A DNA stretch of 64,000 nt from Azolla caroliniana (lineage: Eukaryota; Plantae; Polypodiophyta). Within the stretch, counting starts at the first letter, position 1. Each line of letters starts with the position of its first letter. The notes under the pieces are model-generated. The model had not been told where the DNA came from. It saw only the letters and a program-made list of their open reading frames with translations, and ran no database searches. Location: positions 12,400,001 to 12,464,000 of the forward strand of contig JBHGNT010000010.1 of NCBI GenBank assembly GCA_043228905.1, given 5' to 3'. Shown here in pieces: positions 24,040 to 38,254 of this stretch. A program made the translations under genes and the position numbers.

Positions 24040-25590
24040 ACGACAATATCATATATCAAATTTCGGACGCATATCATGTGTTAACTGTTTGACAACTCAA
24101 AAACTCAAGACCTAAAGTAGATGTTAAGATAATGTACAATTGACAAAATAGTAAATATTATGTTTGAAGGATTCATGACAAACATTACTTTGATTTTTCT
24201 CTCCTAACATCAATTTCTAAACTTAATCCCATTATTCGATTAATGGTAGAGGTTTCAAATGAAATTGGACAAAACATTATGTTATGTTGTTCGGGACAAC
24301 AAGAAGCAGTATCTTTGGTTGTGGTTATTCGTCAACATTGGTACGACAAATTAGTACACCAACAATTATAGTTTGGATAACCGGATACAATTTCAAAAAA
24401 TACGCATAGATTGCAAAATAATGGTCAAATGTCGATGAGCATTGCACCATGTTTCTTTATTTGTAACAAAGGTCTAGAATGGTACATTAACTATTTCATT
24501 TATTAAATGAATTCCATTGTAATCAAGTTGCCTCGGATCCTTGCTTTTTACCTGACACGTCCTGGTACAAGTAGATCTATCATATATCATGAGTTAATGT
24601 GGCATCGATAAAAACCCTTGACATTACTAAATGTTAAAAATGAAAGTGTGTTAGAATAATCCTCAGTTTTTTGTGGATGCTTGCAAACTTAATCCCATTA
24701 TTCAATTAATAGGAGAGGTTTCAAATGAAAATTTGACAAAACATTAGGTTGTTCGGGACAAGAAGAAACAATATATTTAGTCGTGGTTATTTGTCAACAT
24801 GGTTACGACAAATTAGTACACCGACAATTATAGTTAGGATAACTTCATGGAGTTTCCCGAAATACGCATAGATTGTAGAATAATGGTGAACTCTCGATCA
24901 ACATTGCGTCATAGTTCTTTATTTGAAGCAAAGCTCTAGAATATTATATTAACTAATTCATGTACTGAATCAATTCTATTGTAGTCTAGTTGGTTCGGAT
25001 CCTTGTTTTGTACACGAGGCTCTGGGGTACAACAATAGGCTTTGGAAAAACTAGATACATCATAGATCATTATGTAATGTCCCATCGATAAAACCCCTTG
25101 AAATGATTAAATGTTAAAAACGAGCGTGTGTGAGAGTAATCCTCAGTTTCTTGTTGATGGTTACGAAATATGTAAATATTATTTATTACTAATCTATGAT
25201 TGCAATATATCTATACACAAGATAGGAGCCATTGTAATGTATTTGGTTAGGGACAACATTATGTTGTTCGGGACAACAAGAAGCAGTATATTTGGTTTTG
25301 GTTAATCGTCAACATTGGTGCGACAAATTAGTACACCAACAATTATAGTTTGGATATCACAATACAATTTCAAACAATACGCATAGATCGCAGACTATTG
25401 GTCAACTGTCGATGAGCATTGCATCATGTTTCTATATTTGAAGTAAAGCACTAGAATATTACATTAACTAAATCATTTACTAAATGAATTCCATTGTAGT
25501 CTAGATGGTTCGGATGCTTGTTTAAGCAATATATAAATATTATTTATTACGAATCACTGATTATTACGATAAAAAGCACACAAAATGTGA

Positions 25591-25663
25591 TCCATTGTAG
25601 TCTAGTTGGTTAGGATACTCGGCTCTCACCCGAGAGACCCGGGTTCAACTCCCGGCAATGGAA
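25591..25663 (+). tRNA. trnE-CUC: tRNA-Glu(CTC)
   Basis: Identical 73-nt cloverleaf. Confidence 0.93.
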
Positions 25664-25971
25664 ACGAAAATACTGGTTTTGGTTAATCGTCAACATTGGT
25701 ACGACAAATTAGTACACCAACAATTATAGTTTGGATATCACAATACAATTTCAAACAATACGCATAGATTGCATACTATTGGTCAATTGTCGATGAGCAT
25801 TGCACCATGTTTTTATATTTGAAGTAAACCACTAGAATATTACATTAACTAAATCATTTACTAAATGAATTCCATTGTAGTCGAGTTGGTTTGGATCCTA
25901 GATTAAGCAATATATAAATATTATGTATTACGAATCTATGATTGTTACGATAAAAAGCACACAAAATGTGA

Positions 25972-26044
25972 TCCATTGTAGTCTAGTTGGTTAGGATACT
26001 CGGCTCTCACCCGAGAGACCCGGGTTCAACTCCCGGCAATGGAA
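25972..26044 (+). tRNA. trnE-CUC: tRNA-Glu(CTC)
   Basis: Identical 73-nt cloverleaf. Confidence 0.93.
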
Positions 26045-27595
26045 ACGACAATATCATATATCAAATTTCGGACGCATATCATGTGTTAACTGTTTGACAA
26101 CTCAAAAACTCAAGACCTAAAGTAGATGTTAAGATAATGTACAATTGACAAAATAGTAAATATTATGTTTGAAGGATTCATGACAAACATTACTTTGATT
26201 TTTCTCTCCTAACATCAATTTCTAAACTTAATCCCATTATTCGATTAATGGTAGAGGTTTCAAATGAAATTGGACAAAACATTATGTTATGTTGTTCGGG
26301 ACAACAAGAAGCAGTATCTTTGGTTGTGGTTATTCGTCAACATTGGTACGACAAATTAGTACACCAACAATTATAGTTTGGATAACCGGATACAATTTCA
26401 AAAAATACGCATAGATTGCAAAATAATGGTCAAATGTCGATGAGCATTGCACCATGTTTCTTTATTTGTAACAAAGGTCTAGAATGGTACATTAACTATT
26501 TCATTTATTAAATGAATTCCATTGTAATCAAGTTGCCTCGGATCCTTGCTTTTTACCTGACACGTCCTGGTACAAGTAGATCTATCATATATCATGAGTT
26601 AATGTGGCATCGATAAAAACCCTTGACATTACTAAATGTTAAAAATGAAAGTGTGTTAGAATAATCCTCAGTTTTTTGTGGATGCTTGCAAACTTAATCC
26701 CATTATTCAATTAATAGGAGAGGTTTCAAATGAAAATTTGACAAAACATTAGGTTGTTCGGGACAAGAAGAAACAATATATTTAGTCGTGGTTATTTGTC
26801 AACATGGTTACGACAAATTAGTACACCGACAATTATAGTTAGGATAACTTCATGGAGTTTCCCGAAATACGCATAGATTGTAGAATAATGGTGAACTCTC
26901 GATCAACATTGCGTCATAGTTCTTTATTTGAAGCAAAGCTCTAGAATATTATATTAACTAATTCATGTACTGAATCAATTCTATTGTAGTCTAGTTGGTT
27001 CGGATCCTTGTTTTGTACACGAGGCTCTGGGGTACAACAATAGGCTTTGGAAAAACTAGATACATCATAGATCATTATGTAATGTCCCATCGATAAAACC
27101 CCTTGAAATGATTAAATGTTAAAAACGAGCGTGTGTGAGAGTAATCCTCAGTTTCTTGTTGATGGTTACGAAATATGTAAATATTATTTATTACTAATCT
27201 ATGATTGCAATATATCTATACACAAGATAGGAGCCATTGTAATGTATTTGGTTAGGGACAACATTATGTTGTTCGGGACAACAAGAAGCAGTATATTTGG
27301 TTTTGGTTAATCGTCAACATTGGTGCGACAAATTAGTACACCAACAATTATAGTTTGGATATCACAATACAATTTCAAACAATACGCATAGATCGCAGAC
27401 TATTGGTCAACTGTCGATGAGCATTGCATCATGTTTCTATATTTGAAGTAAAGCACTAGAATATTACATTAACTAAATCATTTACTAAATGAATTCCATT
27501 GTAGTCTAGATGGTTCGGATGCTTGTTTAAGCAATATATAAATATTATTTATTACGAATCACTGATTATTACGATAAAAAGCACACAAAATGTGA

Positions 27596-27668
27596 TCCAT
27601 TGTAGTCTAGTTGGTTAGGATACTCGGCTCTCACCCGAGAGACCCGGGTTCAACTCCCGGCAATGGAA
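27596..27668 (+). tRNA. trnE-CUC: tRNA-Glu(CTC)
   Basis: Identical 73-nt cloverleaf. Confidence 0.93.
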
Positions 27669-27976
27669 ACGAAAATACTGGTTTTGGTTAATCGTCAACA
27701 TTGGTACGACAAATTAGTACACCAACAATTATAGTTTGGATATCACAATACAATTTCAAACAATACGCATAGATTGCATACTATTGGTCAATTGTCGATG
27801 AGCATTGCACCATGTTTTTATATTTGAAGTAAACCACTAGAATATTACATTAACTAAATCATTTACTAAATGAATTCCATTGTAGTCGAGTTGGTTTGGA
27901 TCCTAGATTAAGCAATATATAAATATTATGTATTACGAATCTATGATTGTTACGATAAAAAGCACACAAAATGTGA

Positions 27977-28049
27977 TCCATTGTAGTCTAGTTGGTTAGG
28001 ATACTCGGCTCTCACCCGAGAGACCCGGGTTCAACTCCCGGCAATGGAA
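27977..28049 (+). tRNA. trnE-CUC: tRNA-Glu(CTC)
   Basis: Identical 73-nt cloverleaf. Confidence 0.93.
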
Positions 28050-29600
28050 ACGACAATATCATATATCAAATTTCGGACGCATATCATGTGTTAACTGTTT
28101 GACAACTCAAAAACTCAAGACCTAAAGTAGATGTTAAGATAATGTACAATTGACAAAATAGTAAATATTATGTTTGAAGGATTCATGACAAACATTACTT
28201 TGATTTTTCTCTCCTAACATCAATTTCTAAACTTAATCCCATTATTCGATTAATGGTAGAGGTTTCAAATGAAATTGGACAAAACATTATGTTATGTTGT
28301 TCGGGACAACAAGAAGCAGTATCTTTGGTTGTGGTTATTCGTCAACATTGGTACGACAAATTAGTACACCAACAATTATAGTTTGGATAACCGGATACAA
28401 TTTCAAAAAATACGCATAGATTGCAAAATAATGGTCAAATGTCGATGAGCATTGCACCATGTTTCTTTATTTGTAACAAAGGTCTAGAATGGTACATTAA
28501 CTATTTCATTTATTAAATGAATTCCATTGTAATCAAGTTGCCTCGGATCCTTGCTTTTTACCTGACACGTCCTGGTACAAGTAGATCTATCATATATCAT
28601 GAGTTAATGTGGCATCGATAAAAACCCTTGACATTACTAAATGTTAAAAATGAAAGTGTGTTAGAATAATCCTCAGTTTTTTGTGGATGCTTGCAAACTT
28701 AATCCCATTATTCAATTAATAGGAGAGGTTTCAAATGAAAATTTGACAAAACATTAGGTTGTTCGGGACAAGAAGAAACAATATATTTAGTCGTGGTTAT
28801 TTGTCAACATGGTTACGACAAATTAGTACACCGACAATTATAGTTAGGATAACTTCATGGAGTTTCCCGAAATACGCATAGATTGTAGAATAATGGTGAA
28901 CTCTCGATCAACATTGCGTCATAGTTCTTTATTTGAAGCAAAGCTCTAGAATATTATATTAACTAATTCATGTACTGAATCAATTCTATTGTAGTCTAGT
29001 TGGTTCGGATCCTTGTTTTGTACACGAGGCTCTGGGGTACAACAATAGGCTTTGGAAAAACTAGATACATCATAGATCATTATGTAATGTCCCATCGATA
29101 AAACCCCTTGAAATGATTAAATGTTAAAAACGAGCGTGTGTGAGAGTAATCCTCAGTTTCTTGTTGATGGTTACGAAATATGTAAATATTATTTATTACT
29201 AATCTATGATTGCAATATATCTATACACAAGATAGGAGCCATTGTAATGTATTTGGTTAGGGACAACATTATGTTGTTCGGGACAACAAGAAGCAGTATA
29301 TTTGGTTTTGGTTAATCGTCAACATTGGTGCGACAAATTAGTACACCAACAATTATAGTTTGGATATCACAATACAATTTCAAACAATACGCATAGATCG
29401 CAGACTATTGGTCAACTGTCGATGAGCATTGCATCATGTTTCTATATTTGAAGTAAAGCACTAGAATATTACATTAACTAAATCATTTACTAAATGAATT
29501 CCATTGTAGTCTAGATGGTTCGGATGCTTGTTTAAGCAATATATAAATATTATTTATTACGAATCACTGATTATTACGATAAAAAGCACACAAAATGTGA

Positions 29601-29673
29601 TCCATTGTAGTCTAGTTGGTTAGGATACTCGGCTCTCACCCGAGAGACCCGGGTTCAACTCCCGGCAATGGAA
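29601..29673 (+). tRNA. trnE-CUC: tRNA-Glu(CTC)
   Basis: Identical 73-nt cloverleaf. Confidence 0.93.
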
Positions 29674-29981
29674 ACGAAAATACTGGTTTTGGTTAATCGT
29701 CAACATTGGTACGACAAATTAGTACACCAACAATTATAGTTTGGATATCACAATACAATTTCAAACAATACGCATAGATTGCATACTATTGGTCAATTGT
29801 CGATGAGCATTGCACCATGTTTTTATATTTGAAGTAAACCACTAGAATATTACATTAACTAAATCATTTACTAAATGAATTCCATTGTAGTCGAGTTGGT
29901 TTGGATCCTAGATTAAGCAATATATAAATATTATGTATTACGAATCTATGATTGTTACGATAAAAAGCACACAAAATGTGA

Positions 29982-30054
29982 TCCATTGTAGTCTAGTTGG
30001 TTAGGATACTCGGCTCTCACCCGAGAGACCCGGGTTCAACTCCCGGCAATGGAA
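29982..30054 (+). tRNA. trnE-CUC: tRNA-Glu(CTC)
   Basis: Identical 73-nt cloverleaf. Confidence 0.93.
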
Positions 30055-33000
30055 ACGACAATATCATATATCAAATTTCGGACGCATATCATGTGTTAAC
30101 TGTTTGACAACTCAAAAACTCAAGACCTAAAGTAGATGTTAAGATAATGTACAATTGACAAAATAGTAAATATTATGTTTGAAGGATTCATGACAAACAT
30201 TACTTTGATTTTTCTCTCCTAACATCAATTTCTAAACTTAATCCCATTATTCGATTAATGGTAGAGGTTTCAAATGAAATTGGACAAAACATTATGTTAT
30301 GTTGTTCGGGACAACAAGAAGCAGTATCTTTGGTTGTGGTTATTCGTCAACATTGGTACGACAAATTAGTACACCAACAATTATAGTTTGGATAACCGGA
30401 TACAATTTCAAAAAATACGCATAGATTGCAAAATAATGGTCAAATGTCGATGAGCATTGCAACATGTTTCTTTATTTGTAGCAAAGGGCTAGAATGGTAC
30501 ATTAATTATATCATTTACTAAATGATTTCCATTGTAATCAAGTTGCCTCGGATCCTTGCTTTTTACCTGAGACGCCCGGGGACAAGTAGATCTATCATAT
30601 ATCATGAGTTAATGAGTTAATGAGTTAATCCTTGACATTATTAAATCTTGAATCTTTAAAAGTTTTTTGCTATCTTTCATCTAGATTCTATCAGAAAAGC
30701 TACTCATATGATACAAGATTAGAAAGAGATATCTGTTTCTTTGTGTGTGGATTTGAATTATGAATATTTATGTGATCTAATGAAGTTAATTTATTTTTAT
30801 TAGCATAAATGTTTGTGAGAATGAAAAATGTCAGGAAACTGATACCGTTCTTCTTTACATAGAATGACAATGACATTCTAGGTCCAGAAAGGTAATCCCA
30901 TTGTGCAAGATATAACAACATCTGCTTGTCTTTGAGTAATGTATCCAAATTGTAAATACCTAGGCTTATCTCATTGAGTTTAATTATGTTTAGAATTTAT
31001 TTTACGAATCTTGAATGTGCACTTTTTTTATTTTCATGTGGTAAAATTTCTGCCCTCGACATGGAACTATCCACCAGCTTGGAGAAGTCTAGATATTTTT
31101 AGTGTATCAACAGTTTTGATCTGAAAAAAGCAGTCAGAGATTGAAGCATTAATTAGGTCATGTTTTGTTGAGAAGCAAGCTCAACATGGGCCGGATCGGG
31201 TGAAGACCGAATCGGCTAGGCCCGGATCGGATCGGTGAGCTGGTAGGCCGTTAGAGGCCTACAATCCTAGCCTAGTGGATAGTTTGGGAGTTAATGTCTG
31301 TCACTCAGTTATGAGCATTGAAGTACATGTCGGTCCTTTTAAGGACTTGTATAAAAGTGGTCTTTGAGCACATTTGTATGTACAGAGTGTTATTTTGAAT
31401 TTGAGTTTTACTGTTCTGCTCTCTCTGTCTCGCTTGTGTACTCTCTCTCTCTCTCCATTGTTCTTAGTGTTTACCGTTCTCTGTTACTGTCCGGCTAAGC
31501 CGGTTGTGTCTGTTTAACTTCCGCACACTAATCTTTACATGGTATCAGAGCGCGAGGGTTGAGAATCCTTTGTTGTTGACAAACGCTCAAACACAGACAA
31601 ACCCTAACACCCGGTTGAGAACAGACAAGAAGAAGAAAATGGACAGAAGCATGGCAAGCTGACTTCGACAGAAAAGCTTGACAGGAGCAACTACGCGTCT
31701 TGGTCCTACAATATGCGCCAATACTTGCTAAGGCACGACTACTGGAGTTATGTGGAAGGAGTGAACGAAGTAGTGCCGGGTTCAACACACAAGGATTTTC
31801 CAGTGTGGGAGCAAGCAACAAGCCGAGTCTTGTACTGCCTTGCATCCTGTGTGCACACGTAGATGCTCGGCTACATTCGGGATGCGAGGACGCCAAAGGA
31901 GGCTCGAGAAAATCTAAAAAAGATTTTTGCCGCAAGTACAACGGCCCGAAAGTTGCAGCTCCGGCAAGAGCTCAACAATATTCGACAAAGGGATATGACG
32001 GTGATCGACTACACCACAAAGATCAAGGAGATTTGTGACGCCTTGGGGTCCATCAACATGACGGTGGACGAAGATGAAATGGTGCAGATCTGCCTTGGTG
32101 GCCTAGCGCAAAGGTACGGGCTGATCCGGACGGCGATTTGGAGAAGCCACTGTCATTTTTTGACCTACAATCAATGCTTTTGGTCGAAGAAAACCACGCG
32201 GTTGCGTCAAGGAGCACACAATCCGACAACTGGTGCTGTACACGGAGGTAGATAGGCCCAGTGGATGTGGAGGACGAGGTGGATTTGCACGCAATGGTGG
32301 CGGCCAACAAGAGTAGGAAAGAAGGCACATAGGTGGTGCCGACAACAGTTATGGACCCTCCACAAGCAGGGGGGGGTCAAAGGGGCGCCAGAACCGGCAA
32401 GCAAAGGCCGAAACGGAATGCTAGTATTGTTGCTGGAAGGGCCATAGAGAGAGTGAGTGCTGGAAGAAGTGCGCCGATTTGGACAAATCCGGATTCGGTA
32501 GAGCCGAACATGGAAATTGACAGCGTTCACAATATGCCGAAGGGTCGGAAGGAGCCAAAACTAAAAAGGGCCCAACCTTTGTGATGAAGCACAAGGCAAG
32601 TTCAATGAAGAAGAGCACCTTGAAACCAAATGAGGTGTGGTATGTCGACTCTGGAGCGTCAAATCATATGACGAGCCACATAGTGGTTCTCCTACCTGGA
32701 GAAACAGAACAACCGGGAGTCGTCGAAATCAGAGACGACACCTTGCATCCGATCGAACATGTCGGACAGAAGCGAATACTTATGAACTTACTGCACATTC
32801 TGACAATAACGAAAAACTTGTTGTCGGTCGGGCAGATCGTTGATCAAGGGATGTAAATCCGGTTCACCCACCTAGGGTGCTTCATCGAAGAGGAAGCCCA
32901 AATCATCGCGCAAGGGTGCCGGGAAGGGAGGATGTTCATCCTCGACCCAAATGGCACAGGCACTGCACTGTTCGCCAAAAGACAAAGAGTCGAGTCGGAC

Positions 33001-34516
33001 GTTGACTGATGGCATAAGCGGATCGGCCACGTCAACTATCAAAGGCTTCAAGAGCTGCAAACGATCAAGTAGTTTTCGGATTGCTGAAATTTAGTGGTCA
33101 GAAGGCTTCCCCAACGAGTGAAATCGGAGCCGGAATAAGCTCGACTTAATACATTGGGAAATATGGGGACTGACAAATAATGTGAGCCTAGGCGGAAGTC
33201 AATACTTCGTCTCTTTCATCGACGACTATATAGCCGGCACAATTGGATCTACTTGATCGAAAAGAAGAGTGAAGACTTCGACTGTTTCTAGAACCTAAAA
33301 AGTCTGGTAGAAAAGGAAATAGAAAGAAAGATCAAGTGCCTGCAGTTAGACGACGCAAAAGAATACTTTTCCGCTAGTTCAATTGTTATCTACAACAGAT
33401 GGGAATTCGGCGAGAATTCAGCTGTAGACATAAACGCCGGAGCAGAATGACGTAGCTGAACGAAAAAATCGGTCGATTGTCGAAGCAACACGGGCAATGC
33501 TTGAGGAGAAGACCATGCCCAAGTTTTACTGGGCCGAAGCGGTTTGAACAACGGTCTACATCTAGAATCGGATCGATATGGGAGAATCCGACACCAACTG
33601 GAGGGAAGACCGACCTCAAGAGTTGAGGTCGGATGCAACCAAGAGGGCCCTAAAATCAGCAAATGAGAAGATCCGCCGATCGACTCGCCACAAGAAGTAG
33701 TTGATCCAGTATGGTTATAACGAGTACATGGCGCACCATTATGCGTACATGACGAAGGTGGCGGAAGTCCGCGAGTCGGAGAGCTAAGCGGAGGCATCAC
33801 AGGATGCTAAATGGCGTTTGCCCATGGAGGAAGAAATGCGGGCACTTGATTCCAACGAGACATGGGACTTAGTTGACCCTCCTCGAAACTGCAAACCGAT
33901 TGGATGTAAGTGGGTGTATAAGGTGAAATACAATGCCGACGGTTCAGTCAACCAGTACAAGGCCCAACTGGTGGCCAAGGGATATGCACAGACCCACAGA
34001 ATTGACTACGATGAGACCTTCGCACCGGCAGCGAAGATGACGATGTCATCGGTTCATGTGGTGCTGGCAATCGCAACGGCAAGGGGGTGGCATCTCCACT
34101 AGATGGACATGAACATGTTTCTTCAAGGTGATCTTGAAGAACAAGTCGGCAGTATGTAGACTGAAGAAGTCGCTTTACAACCGTAAGCAAGCCCCCTGTG
34201 CTTGGAACTCGAAGATCATGCATTGATTGTGTAAGATGGGGTTTGCAGCCTCCAAGTCTGACTCTTCATTGTTCATTTCAGAAAAGTCCGAAAGGTCCGG
34301 TATGCATTCTACTGTACGTCGACGAGTTGGTCGTCACCGGACCCGACTTTGCTGAAATTGGCCAAGTAAAGTCCCAGCTGTCAGACGCATTCGAGATGAA
34401 GGACTTGGGGGACCTTCACTACTTTCTCGGGATTGAAGTGATCCACACCCCCGATGACATGTTATTGTCTCAACGACATTATGTATTGAATATGCTGTAG
34501 AAGTTCGGTATGACGG

Positions 34517-35617
34517 TGTCGTGAAGATTTTCGGCAATAGTGTGAAAATCCCATAAAACGTACGAAATCGAGTATGAATCACGTAGTACAATAATTGTCA
34601 AGATAACATTTTAAATAGATTTAATATCTAAGTACAAAATGATGGAGGTTTCGAATGCACTTTAGTACACGAGAAACGGACAACTAAATGTCAAGATATG
34701 AGGGTATAAAGTTTGTAAAAGGAAAGGAGAAAATTGTGAGATATCCCACATAGGCACGACAAATACAGCTCTCATCATATATAAGGTGGAGCAAAAGATA
34801 TTATCTTTGTATCTATGTGTGGAGCATAGAGAGTTCAAGGTAACTTGAACTAAGAGTGGAGGTGGGCTAGCTACTCATAAAGGGTTTTGGCCAACCAAAA
34901 CCGGACCGGCGATGGAGCCGGTGAACCGGCGGCATTCGACGGCAAACCGACGACGGTGATCCGGCGGCAATCCGGCAACGGTGATCCAGCGGCATCCGGC
35001 AGCGGCAGCGGTAACCGACGACATCCGGTATCCGGCGAACCGGCGATTAGATAAATAAATATATAAATATATATACATATTTACATATACAAGGAGGGCA
35101 AGTAAGGATTCAAACCTTGCACCTCCAAGTTAGGAGTCAATTGGCTTACCATTAAGCCATGCTATTTAGTTGAAATTATATTTCTATCATTGTACTTTTA
35201 CATGTAAATTCTCATACATGAGAGCTAAAATGAGTGACATGGTTATCATGCACCACATGTAATACTTAAGCGCCAAATGGCAAACATGCAATTTATGCAT
35301 GTCTTGTACCCTCACATGCATCATATGCATGAGAGCATCTATAAAAGAGGGAAGGGGGAGGAGAAAAAACATGGTTTTTTTTATTATGAAATTAAGAAGA
35401 AGAAATTCGTTATCAAATTGATGGTGTAACTTGTTTCTTAAATCCAAAGATAAAAAGTTCAATCGATCTTTCTCAATCGTTTAATCTCAACTTCTCTCTT
35501 TCCCAATCTATCTTAAGTACTTTCTCGCCAAAGCTTGTATCGACTCTAAATCCTTCTGGTCCAGAACCCCGACGGTTCCGCCTCACGATCCGCGCGTAGT
35601 GACGGATCTTCACGACA
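34517..35617. mobile_element. 1101-bp solo-LTR-like insertion in the Copia RT
   Basis: Perfect 12-bp inverted termini TGTCGTGAAGAT / ATCTTCACGACA and 4-bp TSD ACGG. Removing it restores GGT ATG ACG GAT TGT (GMTDC). The first 17 nt match the LTR terminus at 50867-50883. Confidence 0.88.
35095..35166 (-). other. tRNA-Arg(CCT)-like degenerate cassette inside the solo-LTR-like insert
   Basis: Reverse complement TGGCTTAATGGTAAGCCAATTGACTCCTAACTTGGAGGTGCAAGGTTTGAATCCTTAC: A-box, GGCTT/AAGCC D-arm, CT-CCT-AA loop, AAGG/CCTT T-arm. Anticodon and acceptor stems do not pair. Confidence 0.6.
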
Positions 35618-37333
35618 ACGGATTGTCGATACGTCCCTACTCCCTTCAACAAAAACCTGAAGCTACGTCCCGAGTTAGGAGCGGCCTACAATGATCAATG
35701 GTTCCGACAAATTGTTGGAAGCCTTATATATTTAACTATCACCCGACCTGACCTTCGCTATTTGGTCGGAGTGATGAGTCAGTTGATGCAGCGACCGACA
35801 ACCGAGCAATATATTAGCGGCACGGAGGATCGGGGAATATTGTATCGACACGGTATAGCCGAATAGTTAGTCGGCTATATGGATGCCGATTGGGCCGGAA
35901 GCACCGAAGCTAAATATTGAGGAGCCACCGTCGCGACTTGTGAAGCTATAAGGCTTCGGCGGTTGTTGCAGGACTTACGGATCGAAGTTCCCACTTCAAT
36001 CCCGATCTACTGCGACAACATTAGCAGCATACAGCTAGCCAAGAACCCCGTGTTCCATGCTCACACAAAGCACATAGAAGTGCATGATCACTTTGTGCAC
36101 GAGCAGGACTTGAGCGGTGAAGTTTAACTCCGATATGTTCGAACCGATCGGCAGGTTGCCGACATCTTCACCAAAGCGCTCGGATCGGACAAGTTGCAAC
36201 ACTTCTTGGAGATGCTTGGGCTATAACATCTCAATGTGCCGCACAGGTAGAGAAAAATGGAGAGAGCAACGAGAGAAAGTTGAAACTGAACAAGATGCCG
36301 AATCGATTGAAGAAGTCGACACATCCGATAGAGTTGGAACAAGCGGCAAAGGCGGCAGAGTCAAGAAGGACAGAGCCGACCAGAAGAAAGAGGCTGGGAC
36401 CCAGAAAATGGTCGGATGTGGTCAAGGGCTTGCAGACGGATGACAAATTGGAGACAACTGAGTCGGTCGAGTGGTTCGATTCGGACGAGCCGAATCAAGT
36501 GAAATCCAAGGGGACAGGAAGGCAGCCGAAGCCGACACTGAAATGAAGGATTCGATGGGTCGAGAAGCGCCAATACCGCGACAACGATGGAGCTGAGATG
36601 GGCCTGATGAGCAGACAAACAGACTGTAGGGGTCGAGATGCGGGGGTTGGATGGGTCAAGATGCATGGAGTTGGATGGGTCAAGAAGCGTTGGACTGGAG
36701 GGGTTGTGGAACGCAGGACCGAACCGGATGAGGGGTGCGAGCAAGGCGAAAAGACGCTAGGAGAAGCCGAGGCAAGGAACTGGCAGATCAGATGGAATCT
36801 CAGTTTGAGCTTGAGGGGGAGTGTTGAGAAGCAAGCTCAACATGGGCCGATGGGCCGAATCGGCTGAACAAGCCGAGAGCTAGATTGGGTGAAGACCGAA
36901 TCGGCTAGGCCTAGATCGGATCGGTGAGTCGGATCCATGAGAGCCGGTAGGCCGTTAGAGGCCTACAATCCTAGCCTAGTAGATAGGCATATTTTTTGGG
37001 AGTTAGTGTATGTCGCTTAGTTATGAGCATTGAAGTACATGTTAGTACTTTTGTTAGTACTTTTGTCAGTCCTTTTGAGGACTTGTATAAAAGTGCTCTC
37101 GGAGCACATTTGTATGTATAGAGTGTTATTTGAATTTGAGTTTTATTGTTCTGCTCTCTCTCTCTCACCTGTGTACTCTCTCTCCCTCCATTGTTCTCAG
37201 TGTTTACCGTTATCTGTTATTGTCCGGCTAAGCCGGTTGTGTCTATTTAACTTCCGCACACTAATCTTTACATGTTTGCAATAAAAAACCACCAACATCA
37301 TGCAGTGAGAGATTTAGTGATTTGTTTTGGCAA

Positions 37334-38254
<921 letters not shown>

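Larger units (their letters stand above)
21848..30640 (+). repeat. tRNA-Glu-derived satellite block 1, with a 2005-bp higher-order repeat (about 3.7 near-identical units from ~23250) plus a more diverged left part
   Basis: Landmarks recur exactly 2005 bp apart (tRNAs 23586/25591/27596/29601 and 23967/25972/27977/29982; spurious ORF 25111/27116/29121). Each unit has four diverged ~230-bp cores (acaaattagtacacc.acaattatagtt.ggata). Confidence 0.97.
31166..37272 (+). mobile_element. Full-length, heavily decayed Ty1/Copia element
   Basis: LTRs 31166-31539 and 36822-37272, TSD TGTTT on both sides, PBS TGGTATCAGAGC 31540-31551, PPT ttgagggggag. Motifs WYVDSGASNHMT, KPIGCKWVYKVK, LLYVDELVV, IYCDNISSIQLAKNPVFHAHTKHIEVH; many stops and frameshifts. 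Confidence 0.95.

Noticed and set aside
25111-29315. Three identical 64-aa ORFs (MLKTSVCESNPQ...)
   Set aside because: They arise from the 2005-bp repeat, overlap a truncated pseudo-tRNA, and the frame is broken in the diverged copies near 22465 and 43480.
22944-30054. Link between the tRNA-Glu amplification and tetrapyrrole (chlorophyll) synthesis
   Set aside because: That pathway uses plastid tRNA-Glu(UUC); these are cytosolic-type CUC genes.
21848-30640. CRISPR-like repeat-spacer array
   Set aside because: The intervening sequences are themselves repeated, periods are hundreds of bp, the context is eukaryotic and there are no cas genes.
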